NCBI GenBank assembly: GCA_963693365.1
Contig: CAVNZM010000012.1
Span: 4,454,409 to 4,518,408, forward strand
Direction of reading: 5' to 3'
DNA length: 64,000 nucleotides
Source: Amoebidium appalachense
Taxonomy: Eukaryota > Protista > Ichthyosporea
Shown: positions 47,974-64,000 of the stretch, piece after piece
Layout of the letters: each line of letters opens with the position of its first letter
Numbering within the stretch: the stretch's first letter is position 1
Position numbers and translations under genes: made by a program
Notes under the pieces: generated by a model
Database searches by the model: none
Told to the model about the DNA's origin: nothing
The model's input: only the letters and a program-made list of their open reading frames with translations

Positions 47974-49112
47974 TTTCCTACCCAATGTGGCTTATACTCG
48001 TTGTTTTTCTCTTTCGGTCGTTTTTGTGTGATGTTTCAACGGATCGGCCTACACTGTCAAAGAAGAAGAATAAGGCAAAGCTTGCCCAGCTGAAAAGGTT
48101 GTGATTAGTACAACATGACTCGAGGCATTGTGACGATTGCTTTCTTATTTTGCTGCTTTTTCCCAGTTGAAACAGGATGTTTAGTTGAGCTATCAAGTGG
48201 TTATGGCACCAACAAGCCGGACAGTTCTCAAGCATGCAGAATCCCACCACACCACTGCAGGGTGTTATAGGAGGTGCATAATGAAAAATTCTGTATGTTT
48301 TGGTTGCACAAGGCGCCCCGAATTTCAGCAAAGGATAACAAACCCAAAGGAAATAAGAAAAGTGAATGAAAAGTGCATTGCTGTAAATGAATTCAGGGTC
48401 ATATATCATAGCTATTATAGTTTACGGATCTTTGGACATGACACAAACACACAGCCTGATCTCGAGCCCCACACATTCCACGTTTACGTATGCACCTTTT
48501 AAGGAAATATAAAACGCGGATACTCATTGGGGCGTATATATCAGCGCATTATGATTGGTTCTTTTTATCCGAGGCTACCACACAGGCTGTGACACAGCCT
48601 ACAGGGACTGTACATTTTTTGGCACTTCAGGCACTTTCAAAAGTGCACAAACGTACTACGATGATTTGAATGTATTTGTAAGGCAGCGTTTTTGTAACAC
48701 TCTGCGTGAGTTAGCGTGGGACTGATTCAATCTTTTTCGAGTTGTTAGTTGTGGTGGAGTTGCCCTGATTTATTTATATGTTGTGGTTGGTGGGCCGGGT
48801 GTGCACAATCTAATGTTCAGAACATTCACAGAAGAGGAAGTTTGCCAGAGGTGAAAAGACAGGAAGAGTGCACTAGTTTTGCTACGACAAGGCAAAAAGG
48901 CCATTGCCTTTCCCTTTGTAGCCGTTTCAAAGAATAAAATTGCCCCAGGAGGAAAAAAGAAGAAAGGTAAACTAATCTGGCCTGTGTGGAGATGGCATAC
49001 GACTTCAAAAACAAGAATGCATTCGAACTCCCTCAATTTACTACATTTTACTTTCGTCAACCGAACAATACACTCCCCATCACACCATTAACAACTCACA
49101 AGTATCCCCCCC

Positions 49113-49143
<31 letters not shown>

Positions 49144-49337
49144 AAAAAAAAAAAAGGAAGGCACACCTCACCACTACTACCACCACCAACCTCTCCATTC
49201 CCTCCAACTCTGCTCCACCCGGGGACTGCTCCTTGTTTCCTCAGCCCCTCCCCAGATCTTTCCTCTCAAACTTGGCACTTTCAACTTACGGTGCTCAGAG
49301 AGCCTCCTCCCTTTCCCATTCCCTCTCCCCTCCACGC

Positions 49338-63570
<14,233 letters not shown>

Positions 63571-64000
63571 CTGCAAGAAAGAAAATTAGAGCATATGCCC
63601 CAAACTCGGAGTGGAGGAATCATCCACGATCTTCATGTGTTCCCCTGCTTGCCGGGCGAACCACTAAACTGCATTTTTTTTCTTTCTTTAACCCATCGCC
63701 ACCAGGACAAGCATGCCCAACACCCAAGTCCTCCCTCCCTTCCCCCTCCCGGCCCACACACATACACACACATACACACACTCACACACACACGCCCAAG
63801 CATACACACAACTCTCTGTGTGTACGCGTTTTCTCTCCCCTCCCTCTCCCTCTCACTCTCCCTCTCCCCCCCCCCCCCCCCCCCCCTCTCCCCCCTCTCC
63901 TCCCTCCCCGGCCCCCCCCCACCCCTCCCCCGTCTCACGAACTCTCACATGCCCCCCCTCGCCCCCCCTCCTCCCCCCCTCACGCACACACACACGCACA

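Overview
Eukaryotic, very intron-rich genomic DNA, probably from a non-model opisthokont or protist (the organism cannot be fixed from sequence alone). Most ORF-track entries are artefacts of poly-C/poly-G and (CA)n/(GA)n tracts. Five spliced genes can be assembled by hand from GT-AG exons: (1) a 5'-truncated TEX11/ZIP4/SPO22 meiotic TPR gene (+, to 21354); (2) pinin (+, 22976-30882); (3) a yippee/YPEL gene (+, 35827-37453); (4) a type-I membrane protein with signal peptide, VWC, Kazal, TM and a Ser/Arg-rich tail (-, 47973-41378); (5) a 5'-truncated TCF25/Rqc1 gene (-, to 49338). The most notable non-coding structure is as follows. Degenerate 5' splice sites are very often followed within a few to ~30 nt by a sense-strand poly(C) tract. 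A dispersed ~60-190 nt intronic element has about 14 copies, all oriented the same way relative to host transcription and usually ending in poly(C). There are tandem decoy copies of acceptor and branch-point regions, a 40-bp inverted copy of an exon/donor junction, a TTAA-flanked fold-back MITE, and an array of palindromic GCAGAATWATTCTGC units.
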